From an uncultured Bacilli bacterium (GTDB lineage Bacteria > Bacillota_I > Bacilli_A > RF39 > UBA660): DNA of 64,000 bases. The position numbers and the translations under genes were made by a program. The DNA lies in NCBI GenBank assembly GCA_934096265.1, contig CAKOLI010000001.1, forward strand, positions 210,896 to 274,895. The letters are read 5' to 3'. Below are positions 53,336-64,000 of the stretch, piece by piece (within the stretch, counting starts at the first letter, position 1; the number at the start of each line of letters is the position of its first letter). Under the pieces are notes generated by a model. That model was not told the DNA's origin. It made no database searches and saw only the letters and a program-made list of their open reading frames with translations.

Positions 53336-55489
53336 ATGAATAAGAAGATGGATATGATTAAGATTAGGAGTAATAAGGTTTTATTTGTATTTATCTTTTT
53401 TTTGTTTGTTGTTTTTATTCTTAGGCTTGTATATTTATGTACTGTTAATTATAAGGTAGGTAATATTACTATTCGAGATTTTATTAAGAGTAGGAATATT
53501 AAGGAGGAGGTTTTGCTTCCTGATAGAGGTAGTATTTATGATAGTAAGGGGAATATTTTAGCACAGGATGTTGCTAGTTATACGGTTATTGCATATCTTA
53601 GTGCTAGTAGGAGTGAGAATAGTGATAAGTTAGAGCATGTTGTAGATAAGGAAAAGACTGCTACTTTGTTAGCTCCTTTGATTAATATGAGTTATGATGA
53701 TGTGTTTAATCTTCTTAATAAAAAGGGGGTATATCAAGTTGAGCTTGGCCCTGGTGGTAGGAATTTGAGTCAGTTAGAGATGGAGAATATTAAGAAGTTG
53801 GAGTTACCTGGGATTGATTTTATTAGGAGTACTAAGAGGTATTATCCTAATGGAGATTTCGCTTCGTATACTCTTGGATATACGGTTAAGAAGACGGATA
53901 GTTCTAATAATGAGTGGATTGTTGGAGAGATGGGTATTGAGGGGTATTATGATGATTATTTAAAGGGTAGTGTTGGTTATGTTACTTATGAGAAGGATAA
54001 GAATGGGTATAAGATTCCTAATGGTAGGCAGTATAGGGAAGATGCTAAGAATGGTAATGATATATATCTTACTATAGATAGTAATATTCAGCTTTTTGTG
54101 GAGAATGCTGTTAGGGAAGCTTCTTCTTTGGGTGAGGATGAATGGTTTTTGATGTTGGTCGCGGATGCGAAGACTGGGGCTATTTTAGGTAGTGCTTCTA
54201 CTCCTTCTTTTGACCCCAATATTAGGAATATGACTAGTTATTTAAATCCTTTTGTTAGTTATGCTTATGAGCCTGGTTCTACGATGAAGACCTATACGTA
54301 TATGTGTGCGATTGAGAAGGGTACTTATAATGGGAATATGACTTTTGTATCTGGTTCTAAGGAGTATGTAGATAAGACTGATAAAAAGAGGACGATGACT
54401 ATACGTGATTGGAATAAGAAGGGTTGGGGAACTATTACTTATGATTATGGGTACGCTATGAGTTCTAATATCGGTATTGCGAATATACTTGAGAATTTTA
54501 TTACTAAGGATGAACTTAGGGCTTGTCTTAGTAAGTATGGTTTTGGTAAAAAAACGATGTTTACTATGGATAATGAGTATACTGGTAATATAGATTTTAC
54601 ATATGATATTGAAGCTGCGACAGCGGGATATGGTCAAGGTATTACGACTACTCCTATGCAACATATTCAAGCTCTTACTAGTATTGCTAATTATGGAGAT
54701 ATGTTAAAGCCATATATAGTATCTAAGATTGTAGATAAGAATACAGGTAAGACAATATATTCTGCTTCTAGGGAGGTTGTTAATACTGTTAGTAGTGTGA
54801 GTACGATAGAGAAGATTAAGGATTTGATGAAGAGTGTTGTATGTGAGGATAAGTCTAAGTGTACTGGTGGTTCTTATTATATGGATGGATATGATGTTAT
54901 AGGTAAGACTGGTACTGCTGAAATATTTGATTATAAGCTCGGTAAGTATACTAGTGATGCGATTTATTCTTTCGCAGGGATGTTTCCTTATGAAGATCCT
55001 GAGATAATTATCTATGCAGCGTCTAAGAAGGCTACTTCTAGTATTTATCTTACTAATGCGGTTAAGAATGTTATTGTAAATGTTTCTAAGTATTTAGATA
55101 TTTCTGTTAAGAATAATAATGATGGCAAGTCTTATTATATTGATAATTATATTAATAAGGATATTAATTATGTTAGTAAGAGTATAGATAAGGATAATTT
55201 GGATGTTGTTGTTATTGGTACTGGTGATAAGATAATAGGTCAATATCCTAAAGAGGGTACTAGTTTAAATAAAGGGGATAAGGTGTTTTTGCTTACTTCT
55301 GTTTATACTAAAGTGATGCCTAATGTTATTGGGTATTCTTATAAGGACGTTAGTAATTTACTTGATTTAATGGATATTAGTTATGTTTTAGATGGATATG
55401 GTTATGTATATGAACAGAGTATTGAACATGGTGTAGAGCTTGGCTTGGGTGAAGTGGTTAATATAAAATTAAAGGGTAAATATGACTGA
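53336..55489 (+). CDS. class B penicillin-binding protein (FtsI/PBP2B-like) with C-terminal PASTA domains
   Basis: N-terminal TM, dimerisation domain, transpeptidase motifs (SxxK: STMKT; SxN: SSN; KTG: KTGTA), two C-terminal PASTA domains. Confidence 0.85.
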   Translation: MNKKMDMIKIRSNKVLFVFIFFLFVVFILRLVYLCTVNYKVGNITIRDFIKSRNIKEEVLLPDRGSIYDSKGNILAQDVASYTVIAYLSASRSENSDKLEHVVDKEKTATLLAPLINMSYDDVFNLLNKKGVYQVELGPGGRNLSQLEMENIKKLELPGIDFIRSTKRYYPNGDFASYTLGYTVKKTDSSNNEWIVGEMGIEGYYDDYLKGSVGYVTYEKDKNGYKIPNGRQYREDAKNGNDIYLTIDSNIQLFVENAVREASSLGEDEWFLMLVADAKTGAILGSASTPSFDPNIRNMTSYLNPFVSYAYEPGSTMKTYTYMCAIEKGTYNGNMTFVSGSKEYVDKTDKKRTMTIRDWNKKGWGTITYDYGYAMSSNIGIANILENFITKDELRACLSKYGFGKKTMFTMDNEYTGNIDFTYDIEAATAGYGQGITTTPMQHIQALTSIANYGDMLKPYIVSKIVDKNTGKTIYSASREVVNTVSSVSTIEKIKDLMKSVVCEDKSKCTGGSYYMDGYDVIGKTGTAEIFDYKLGKYTSDAIYSFAGMFPYEDPEIIIYAASKKATSSIYLTNAVKNVIVNVSKYLDISVKNNNDGKSYYIDNYINKDINYVSKSIDKDNLDVVVIGTGDKIIGQYPKEGTSLNKGDKVFLLTSVYTKVMPNVIGYSYKDVSNLLDLMDISYVLDGYGYVYEQSIEHGVELGLGEVVNIKLKGKYD

Positions 55490-55541
55490 TAAATGAGTAT
55501 AAATTGATGGTAGTTTGTAAATAGTAATTGTAGGTGATGTT

Positions 55542-55985
55542 ATGAAAAAATATACATATACAATTATTATTTTTTTATTTTCATATACGTTTTTGCTTAG
55601 TTTTGATAATGAGCAGGTGATAGTTAGTACGTTTAGTGAGACGGATGTATATAAGGTGTATAAGGTGGTATATGAGGATGGTATTACTATTGATAAGTAT
55701 AAGGATATATTTGTAAATATTAATCCTAATGATTATTATATTTTGGGTATTACGACTTATAATAATTATTCATTTAATGTTAAGGATAGTATTAGTAAGA
55801 TAGAGCTTAGTAAGGGGAGTTATATGGAGGTGCTTGATGAGTATATAAGTAAGTATAAAGATATTTTGTATTTGAATAATTTAGAAGATGATATTAGTAG
55901 TTTATATAGAGGAGGGTTTTATATTGAAAGTATTGATATTAGGTGTAAGGAGTATGTTTTTCTGAGTATTAAGAATAAAATGTAG
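55542..55985 (+). CDS. hypothetical exported protein
   Basis: N-terminal signal/TM. No homology recognised. Confidence 0.4.
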   Translation: MKKYTYTIIIFLFSYTFLLSFDNEQVIVSTFSETDVYKVYKVVYEDGITIDKYKDIFVNINPNDYYILGITTYNNYSFNVKDSISKIELSKGSYMEVLDEYISKYKDILYLNNLEDDISSLYRGGFYIESIDIRCKEYVFLSIKNKM

Positions 55986-56029
55986 AGATAATGTGGGTAT
56001 TTTTACATTTTTTTGCATAAAATTAATAT

Positions 56030-56160
56030 TTTAGCTTTTCTTAATTTTTACAAGAAATATGATACCAAAATTAAATTTTTGTAAGTTTTGGTAAGAAAGT
56101 AAAATTTTGGTATGAAAAACAGAAACTAAAATTAAATTTTGGTAAAAAACGCTTGATTTA
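56030..56160. repeat. array of short direct repeats AAA(T/G)TTTTGGTA(A/T)GAAA (three copies) plus an inverted half-site TACCAAAATT
   Basis: gataccaaaattaaattttt..., aagttttggtaagaaag, aaattttggtatgaaaaac, aaattttggtaaaaaac, read directly. Confidence 0.5.
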
Positions 56161-56282
56161 TATGGATTTGCATAGAATTATTATATTTGTTATAGTGTAG
56201 GTACATATCTTTTATATTTAGAAAAAGGAGGTGAATAGGTGGTAAAAGAGATGTGGTTAAAAATATATAAAGAAAGGTCTAA

Positions 56283-57216
56283 ATGATGAATAAAATATTG
56301 GGTAGAAATATTTTGTTTAAAAGTGATTATATTTTTAAATATTTATTTGGTTTAAGGGAAAATAAGAGAATGCTCGCTAATTTTCTTAGTCAGTTTATAA
56401 GAAATATGTCTTTGGAGGAGATATATGATAATATAAGTTATTTGGATACTGAAATAAAGAAAAAGAGTAAGAGTGATATTAATGGAAGGCTTGATGTGCT
56501 TATTAGTGTAGGTAAGTATTTGGTAAATACCTGAGATGAATAATTTGAGTTCTATTACTCGTAATATGGCAAATAAGTCATTCTATTATGCACATTCTAT
56601 TGCAAGTAGAAATATTTATATAGACACAGACCATAAATATAAGATGAGGTATGATAAGGTAATACAAATAAATGTGAATACTTTTTCAATGTATCCTAAT
56701 ATGGATGTGGCATCTCAGGTATTTACTTTGTTTGATGTACCTAATTCACTTACTTTTAAGTGGGATTTGTTTGAAGTACACTATATAGATATTGTCAAAT
56801 GTTTAGAATTATGGTATACTCTAGGCAAAGAGAAAGTAGATGCTTTAACAAAATGGGGAGCTTTGATAGCTTCTAAGGATGAAAAAGAGCTACTTGAGAT
56901 AGTGGGTGATGATACGTTTATGAGCAAGTGTGAAAGAGAAGAATTTTACGATTTCTTAGAAAAATTAAAGAACGATCCATATTTTTTGCAAAGACCTAGT
57001 GAAGAGGAAGAGTATAGAGCAAACATGGATGAGATACTTGAAAATAAGGATGAGGAACTGGCTTCGAAGGATGAAGAAATAACTGCGATGAAAGAAGAAT
57101 TAGCTTCAAAGAACAAGGAAACGGCCTTAAAGATGTTAAATGAAGGTTTAGACGTAGAGATAATCTCTAAGGTTACAGGGTTATCACAAGAGGAAATTAA
57201 CTCATTTAAGAGTTAG
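56283..57216 (+). pseudogene. Rpn/YhgA-like PD-(D/E)XK nuclease-family transposase (Transposase_31), split by a stop and frameshift at about 56534
   Basis: N-terminus ...ILFKSDYIFKYLFGLRENKRMLANFLSQFI...NGRLDVLIS matches the family N-terminus. C-terminus ...ALKMLNEGLDVEIISKVTGLSQEEINSFK matches the family C-terminal helix. The two halves lie in different frames. Confidence 0.55.
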
Positions 57217-57261
57217 TTTCTTTCTTTTTTATCTTTTCAAATTATAAAAAATATGCTATAA

Positions 57262-59197
<1,936 letters not shown>

Positions 59198-59292
59198 AAT
59201 AGTTTCCTCCTTTAAAAGTAATGTGTATTATATCATAATAGATATATTTGTCTATAGTTTTTTTAATAAATTAACTAACTAGTTACTATGTG

Positions 59293-59321
59293 TTGACAGT
59301 GATAAATATTTTGTGTATAAT
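59293..59321 (+). promoter_or_regulatory. consensus sigma-A promoter (TTGACA, 17 nt spacer, TATAAT)
   Basis: -35 element at 59293-59298 and -10 element at 59316-59321. Drives the 59351 gene. Confidence 0.55.
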
Positions 59322-59350
59322 AGCTAAATATGTGGAAGGAGGGTATGTAT

Positions 59351-59998
59351 ATGAAATATGAGATACCTGGTATAGATAAGAATGTGACGATTAAGTATTA
59401 TGAAATATCTAGGAATAATAAGAATATTATTATTTATTTTATGAATGGGAAGAGGAGTGTTATTAGGAATACTGATGATAATCTTAATAATCTTGATAAT
59501 GTGATGATGGAACAAGGAGAGTGTTTTGCTCACAGAGGTAGTGAAGCTACTGCTAGAAAGAAAGTAAATACTTCTATTTTGATTTCAGGTGCTTTAGTGG
59601 CATTGGTGATATCTTCAGTATATTTTTATGCGATGTATGAGGCTCTAGCTACTTCAGTAGTTGGTGGTGTTAATATTGTTTATGCTACAGTTGTTACTTT
59701 TCTTGCAGGTACTTTGGGATATGTTTCTTTTAAGGTAATAGGTAGGGAAGTTATAAAGGAAATAAGGAATGTTATTTTTAATATTAAGAATAAGAATGTT
59801 GTTAATCAGAGTAAGATGTATGAGTATTATTTGGATAATTATGATGTGTATAATAGGGATAAGGATAAGAGTGTTAATATTAATAATGTAGATACATATA
59901 AGTATAAGGATTTATTTAGTATTAAGGAAGATATTTTGAGGGAAGAATTTATAGAAGATAATATTACTAGATGTAAGGTTAGAAAGAAAACTAAGTAA
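59351..59998 (+). CDS. hypothetical membrane protein
   Basis: RBS GGAAGGAGGG, then ATG. Two central TM helices. Confidence 0.4.
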   Translation: MKYEIPGIDKNVTIKYYEISRNNKNIIIYFMNGKRSVIRNTDDNLNNLDNVMMEQGECFAHRGSEATARKKVNTSILISGALVALVISSVYFYAMYEALATSVVGGVNIVYATVVTFLAGTLGYVSFKVIGREVIKEIRNVIFNIKNKNVVNQSKMYEYYLDNYDVYNRDKDKSVNINNVDTYKYKDLFSIKEDILREEFIEDNITRCKVRKKTK

Positions 59999-60005
59999 AG
60001 TGTGA

Positions 60006-60362
60006 TTACTTAGTTTTCTTGTTAATTCCAATCATACTACCTATCATAGAGCTAAGGAGTAGGATTATACATAGAATGATTATTTTATAACTGAATTTAG
60101 TTTTTGTTAGTATGTTAAAGATTATTATTATTAAGGTGTATATTCCTCCAAATTTTAAGCCTGCTAGGTATCCTTTGTTAGTTTTAGTTTTACCTATTAG
60201 GTATCCTCCTATAAATAGGGATATTACTAGGTTTATAGTGTTTAGGATATTAGTGGTAGTTATGTTTATTATGTTTAAGTAGCTTAATGTAGTTGTTATG
60301 AATGTAAGTATTAGTAGTATTCCTAAGGATATACCTAAGTATTTTAAATATTTTATAATCAT
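60006..60362 (-). CDS. small polytopic membrane protein
   Basis: 118 aa, three to four TM helices. Confidence 0.4.
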   Translation of the reverse strand: MIIKYLKYLGISLGILLILTFITTTLSYLNIINITTTNILNTINLVISLFIGGYLIGKTKTNKGYLAGLKFGGIYTLIIIIFNILTKTKFSYKIIILCIILLLSSMIGSMIGINKKTK

Positions 60363-60438
60363 ATATAGCTCACCCTAATTATATATATGTAGATGTATAA
60401 AAAATTATACATTTGACCATAATGATAATGGTGATGAT

Positions 60439-61080
60439 ATGGATTATATAACTATTATAATTAGGTCAATATTCTTTTATTTTGTTATTTTTTTAATATA
60501 TCGTATTATGGGTAAGAGGGAAGTTGGGCAATTAGGTATTATAGATTTGATTGTGTCTATCTTAATAGCTGAGTTAGCGATTATTAGTATTGAGGATTTA
60601 GAAGCTAGTATATGGATGAGTTTAATACCTATAATTACTATTACTTGTTTACAGATTGTTTTAGCTAGGCTTACACTTAATGCTCCTAAGTTTAGAAATT
60701 TTTTAGATGGTAAGCCTTCTGTTATAATTAATAATGGGAAGGTTAATTATAAAGAAATGATTAGACAGAAGTATAATTTGGATGATTTATTAGTGCAAAT
60801 TAGAGAGAAGGGAAATAAGTCTATTGAAGAAATAGAGTATGCTGTACTTGAGAATAATGGTACTTTATCAGTATTTCCTTATGAAGATAAGAAATCTTAT
60901 TTTCCTCTTGCTTTAATATTAGATGGAGAGATACAAGAAGAAGTACTTAGAGGTATTAATAAAGATAAGAAGTGGTTATATAAAATATTAGAAGATAGGT
61001 CTTTAGAGTTAAATCAAATATTTTATGCTTTTTATAAAAATAAAAACGTATTTATAATAAAAAATAATGACTTGTTATGA
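60439..61080 (+). CDS. DUF421 (YetF-family) membrane protein
   Basis: N-terminal pattern RIMGKREVGQLGIIDLIVSILIAELA, typical of DUF421. Confidence 0.6.
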   Translation: MDYITIIIRSIFFYFVIFLIYRIMGKREVGQLGIIDLIVSILIAELAIISIEDLEASIWMSLIPIITITCLQIVLARLTLNAPKFRNFLDGKPSVIINNGKVNYKEMIRQKYNLDDLLVQIREKGNKSIEEIEYAVLENNGTLSVFPYEDKKSYFPLALILDGEIQEEVLRGINKDKKWLYKILEDRSLELNQIFYAFYKNKNVFIIKNNDLL

Positions 61081-61329
61081 TTTAATCTTGTCATTATTTT
61101 TTCGTATCATAGATTCTATACTAACTTCGTAAAAATTAGCGAGCTTTATTAATAAATATAGAGGGATATCTCTACTATTTTCATAATAAGAATAGGCTCT
61201 TTGTGAAATACCTAAATAATTAGCTATTTCTGCTTGAGAGAGTTTATGTTTTTCTCTTAAGCCTTTTATTCTTCTTCTAATATAGCTAATATTAGTATCA
61301 TAAATGTAACCCATGTGTCTACACCTCAA
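61075..61329 (-). CDS. XRE-family HTH transcriptional regulator
   Basis: LSQAEIANYLGISQRAYSYYENSR... helix-turn-helix. Confidence 0.7.
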   Translation of the reverse strand: MRCRHMGYIYDTNISYIRRRIKGLREKHKLSQAEIANYLGISQRAYSYYENSRDIPLYLLIKLANFYEVSIESMIRKNNDKIKS

Positions 61330-61589
61330 AGAATATTTTACCTTAGAACAAAAAGTTCTTATAGTAATTAGAATATATTGTTCTATAATTAATTATAAAG
61401 TTTAATTACTAGTTAACAGATATTTCATTAGACATTATTTTGTTAATATTTTATTTTCAAAATAAAAAAAGGTAGTTAAAATGAAAAGTGATAATATATA
61501 GAATTAAGGGAAATGATATATAATAACTTGTTGTGTGTTGTAAAATAAATTATGGTATAATATCTTTAATAGCCAGGAGCTGAGAGTAT

Positions 61590-61910
61590 ATGAGTATTTT
61601 ACCTTTAGAATTAGTGGATGCCGGGAATGGTAAGAAATATGATAAAGGTTATAGAATTGTATATTTTGAAAATAGTAATAAATATTCAATTGGTGCATAC
61701 AGCAGAACAATTGAAGGATTTATGATTGGTTTTGCTGAGTGTAATCCAATTATAGATGAAGATGATATACCACCATTTGTTTCTATAGATGACATCTTAG
61801 AAAGATGTTTAAATCTATATAATGATATAAATGAGGTAACAATATATAAAACTGATGGAACATGTATTCAAAAGAAAGATAGAAATATAGCAAAATATAA
61901 TATAAAATAG
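61590..61910 (+). CDS. hypothetical protein
   Basis: Extended -10 TGGTATAAT and RBS AGGAG upstream. Confidence 0.4.
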   Translation: MSILPLELVDAGNGKKYDKGYRIVYFENSNKYSIGAYSRTIEGFMIGFAECNPIIDEDDIPPFVSIDDILERCLNLYNDINEVTIYKTDGTCIQKKDRNIAKYNIK

Positions 61911-62123
61911 GGCTCAAGATGTTAATTCTATTTATGTAATTTAATTGCAAAAGTTTAATACTACTAACTATTTAATTACAAATGGAGCAGGTATGGTAGA
62001 TGCTTATTTATACAAGAAGAATATTAGGAGAGTTCCTGTCGCAATTCCTTCCGTTTTGTTTTAACGACTTACTAGAATAATAAAAGAATATAGATTTAGT
62101 ATGAATACTTATATCTATATTCT

Positions 62124-62324
62124 TTATTTTAAACCTTTCTTGATGTTTATTAGTATTGTTTGTTTTTCTTCTTCAGTAGAATTATTCCAACTAAGTTCGA
62201 ATAATACTCCTAGTCCTATTAAGGGTTCTTCTTCTTTAGATGAGATAGAGTCATCTATGGATTTTTTTATATCTTCTATGGTGTCATCTTTGAAATTATT
62301 GATTATATATTTACGCATATCCAT
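62124..62324 (-). CDS. sspI: small acid-soluble spore protein I
   Basis: MDMRKYIINNF...EPLIGLGVLFELSWNNSTEEEKQTILINIKKGLK matches the SspI pattern (...LPGLGVLFE..W....EK..L..L..GLK). RBS AGGAGG 9 nt upstream. Confidence 0.6.
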   Translation of the reverse strand: MDMRKYIINNFKDDTIEDIKKSIDDSISSKEEEPLIGLGVLFELSWNNSTEEEKQTILINIKKGLK

Positions 62325-62447
62325 GTTATATTTCCTCCTAGTTATATTATGAGTAAATATATAAAATTTATGTAAAAAGAAAGATAAGATAGATGAATTT
62401 ATTGACAAATATTGTTATAAATGTAATAATTATAATAGAGGTGAGGC

Positions 62448-63752
62448 TTGATGATTGATTATAAGTGTGAATACTTAGAACAAATAACTAGATTATATAA
62501 AGATTATATAGATGCTTTTTATTTAAATAGTAAGAATAGTAAGAAGAAAAAAGAAGAGATAGAGAGAATGAATGAATTACTTAAGGAGATAGTTGGGTTA
62601 ACTAATGTTAAGTATTTAGATAGTTATAATGCTCTTGTTAATAAAAAGAATGGTAGTTTAGATGATAAGCTTGATACTCTTCATAAGCTTGAGGATTTGA
62701 TTAGAGATAGGATTAATGTTTTAGAGGAATATGCTTCTTTGCATGAAGAAGTTACTAAGGTTGATTTGTCTAGTATTTTTGATATTGGGAGTCTTTCTTC
62801 TTCTATGGATATTGTGTCTAATAAGATTACTATTATTAATAATTATTTAGCTAATTTAGAAGAGGCTAAGAAGATTAATTTGGATAATGAGGATACTAAG
62901 GTTAAGTTAGATAAGCTTAATGCTAAGAAAGAAATTAATGATAATATTAATAAGGAGATGGAAGAGGAGTTAAATGTACTTCTTAATAAGATTATTAGTG
63001 ATAATGATGGGTTTAATCTTGATAAGAATGTTGTTATGGAGTATTTTATGCAATATCAAGAGTTATATTCTAAGGCTTGTGAGCAAGTTTCGGATAATTC
63101 TATTACGCAGGAGTTGTATGATATGGCTAAGTCTAATTATTTAGAGTATAGTATAGAGAATGCTCTTGTTAAGTTAAGGGATATTATGAATGAGGTTGCT
63201 TGTAATTATTTAGAGTGTGTTCTTAAGAGAAAGATGATTAGAGATATCATTCATGAGGGTTTAGATAGTGATGTGTTTTCTTCTTTGGAAGAGTTGCTTG
63301 ATAAGCAAGGTATGAAGTTAGAGTTACAAGATAAGGATATTAAAGAGGAAGAGTTACTTACTAGTGTGATGGATAATAATAATAAGAGATTACATGAGTT
63401 AGAGGAATTAAATAAGAGGGAATGTGTACTTAGGGTTATTAGTTTAGATAGTGATGTTAGTTCTAAGAGTGAAGATGTTTCTTCTTTGAAGGTAGAAGAT
63501 GGTTCTAATTGTAATGTAGATAAGGATGGTTTTCATGTAGTGGAAGTTAGTCCTATTGATGTTATTAAGAATCCATATGCTGGTAGTGATAAGAATGCTT
63601 CTTTTACTTCTAATGATATTATTACTAAGAAATATTCTGCTCCTAATTGGCTTGTTTATGCTGTTGTAGAGAGTGAGCATAAGTTTATTAATTGGTTTGA
63701 TAAGCTTAATGCTTTGATTAAGAGAAAGAGGTATTTGAAAGATGAGCGATAG
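62448..63752 (+). CDS. hypothetical coiled-coil protein
   Basis: 434 aa, E/K/L-rich heptads. Confidence 0.4.
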   Translation: MMIDYKCEYLEQITRLYKDYIDAFYLNSKNSKKKKEEIERMNELLKEIVGLTNVKYLDSYNALVNKKNGSLDDKLDTLHKLEDLIRDRINVLEEYASLHEEVTKVDLSSIFDIGSLSSSMDIVSNKITIINNYLANLEEAKKINLDNEDTKVKLDKLNAKKEINDNINKEMEEELNVLLNKIISDNDGFNLDKNVVMEYFMQYQELYSKACEQVSDNSITQELYDMAKSNYLEYSIENALVKLRDIMNEVACNYLECVLKRKMIRDIIHEGLDSDVFSSLEELLDKQGMKLELQDKDIKEEELLTSVMDNNNKRLHELEELNKRECVLRVISLDSDVSSKSEDVSSLKVEDGSNCNVDKDGFHVVEVSPIDVIKNPYAGSDKNASFTSNDIITKKYSAPNWLVYAVVESEHKFINWFDKLNALIKRKRYLKDER

Positions 63753-63999
63753 GATATATAAGGTTAATGATGTTATTGAGATTAATAATAATGAGAGTTA
63801 TGTTATTGTTAGTAAGGTTAATTATAGGGATGTTGATTATTATTATATAGTTCTTTTGGATAATGTTAAGAATGTGCTTAAGGATGTTTGTAAGATTATT
63901 AGGATAGATAATAAGGATGGTATTGATGTTATATCTTTGGTAGAGGAAGTAGATATTTTGGAAGGTTTAATACCACTTTTTAAGAAGCAATATTCTTAG
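63742..63999 (+). CDS. hypothetical small protein
   Basis: Overlaps the upstream stop. 85 aa. Confidence 0.3.
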   Translation: MSDRIYKVNDVIEINNNESYVIVSKVNYRDVDYYYIVLLDNVKNVLKDVCKIIRIDNKDGIDVISLVEEVDILEGLIPLFKKQYS

Positions 64000-64000
64000 G

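Noticed and set aside
56030-56160. The short repeat array as a CRISPR array or replication origin
   Set aside because: The repeats are only about 17 bp and imperfect, there are no regular spacers, and there are no DnaA boxes (TTATCCACA) or nearby dnaA or cas genes.

Overview
Very AT-rich (about 28-30% GC) segment of a low-GC, standard-code Firmicute. UGA is a stop codon and Trp is encoded by TGG, so this is not a Mollicute. A small acid-soluble spore protein gene (sspI) and a DUF421 gene suggest a spore-former.

Almost all genes are on the + strand. The core genes use codons ending in G or T (AAG, GAG, AGG, TTG) almost exclusively.

Housekeeping content, in order:
- two tandem coiled-coil M23 peptidases (PcsB/EnvC-like), a P-type cation ATPase, ligA, and a recD2-type helicase
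- gpmI and ppdK
- a PfkB sugar kinase, an Smr protein, an HD hydrolase, tRNA-Arg(CCT) and phosphoketolase
- a T-box leader with tyrS
- rpsD (- strand), relA/spoT, dtd, an AI-2E transporter and a GT4 glycosyltransferase
- mraZ-rsmH-ftsL-pbp, a truncated division/cell-wall cluster
- tgt and sspI (- strand)

Two accessory systems stand out.

1. A 10.4-kb type VIIb secretion island (17963-28327) sits exactly between two identical 50-bp terminator-containing direct repeats, and uses A-ending codons unlike the core. It encodes an EsaB/YukD-like ubiquitin-fold protein, four tandem WXG100-like proteins, a small helical protein and a DUF4176-like protein. It also encodes a 948-aa LXG-like effector with glycine-zipper hydrophobic segments and a C-terminal HEXXH motif, followed by an 80-aa putative immunity protein. 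The last gene is a 1543-aa EssC ATPase. No EssA, EssB or EsaA is present in the island.

2. A mosaic family of four secreted proteins (A 9413-11779, B 11792-13576, C 38221-40155, D 49603-51414) has SipW-cognate/TasA-like signal peptides.
- Near-identical nucleotide cassettes are shared between the paralogs.
- A, B and D share a C-terminal lectin-like domain whose last ~120 nt are GC-rich.
- A LamG-like domain is inserted in A.
- BspA-type leucine-rich repeats are present in C.
- C and D are each preceded by a conserved ~300-bp element containing a G10 homopolymeric tract inside a conserved 25-codon mini-ORF. This is a strong candidate phase-variation switch.

The window also holds two pseudogenes (DUF1697 family; Rpn/YhgA-like nuclease-transposase) and an array of short direct repeats.
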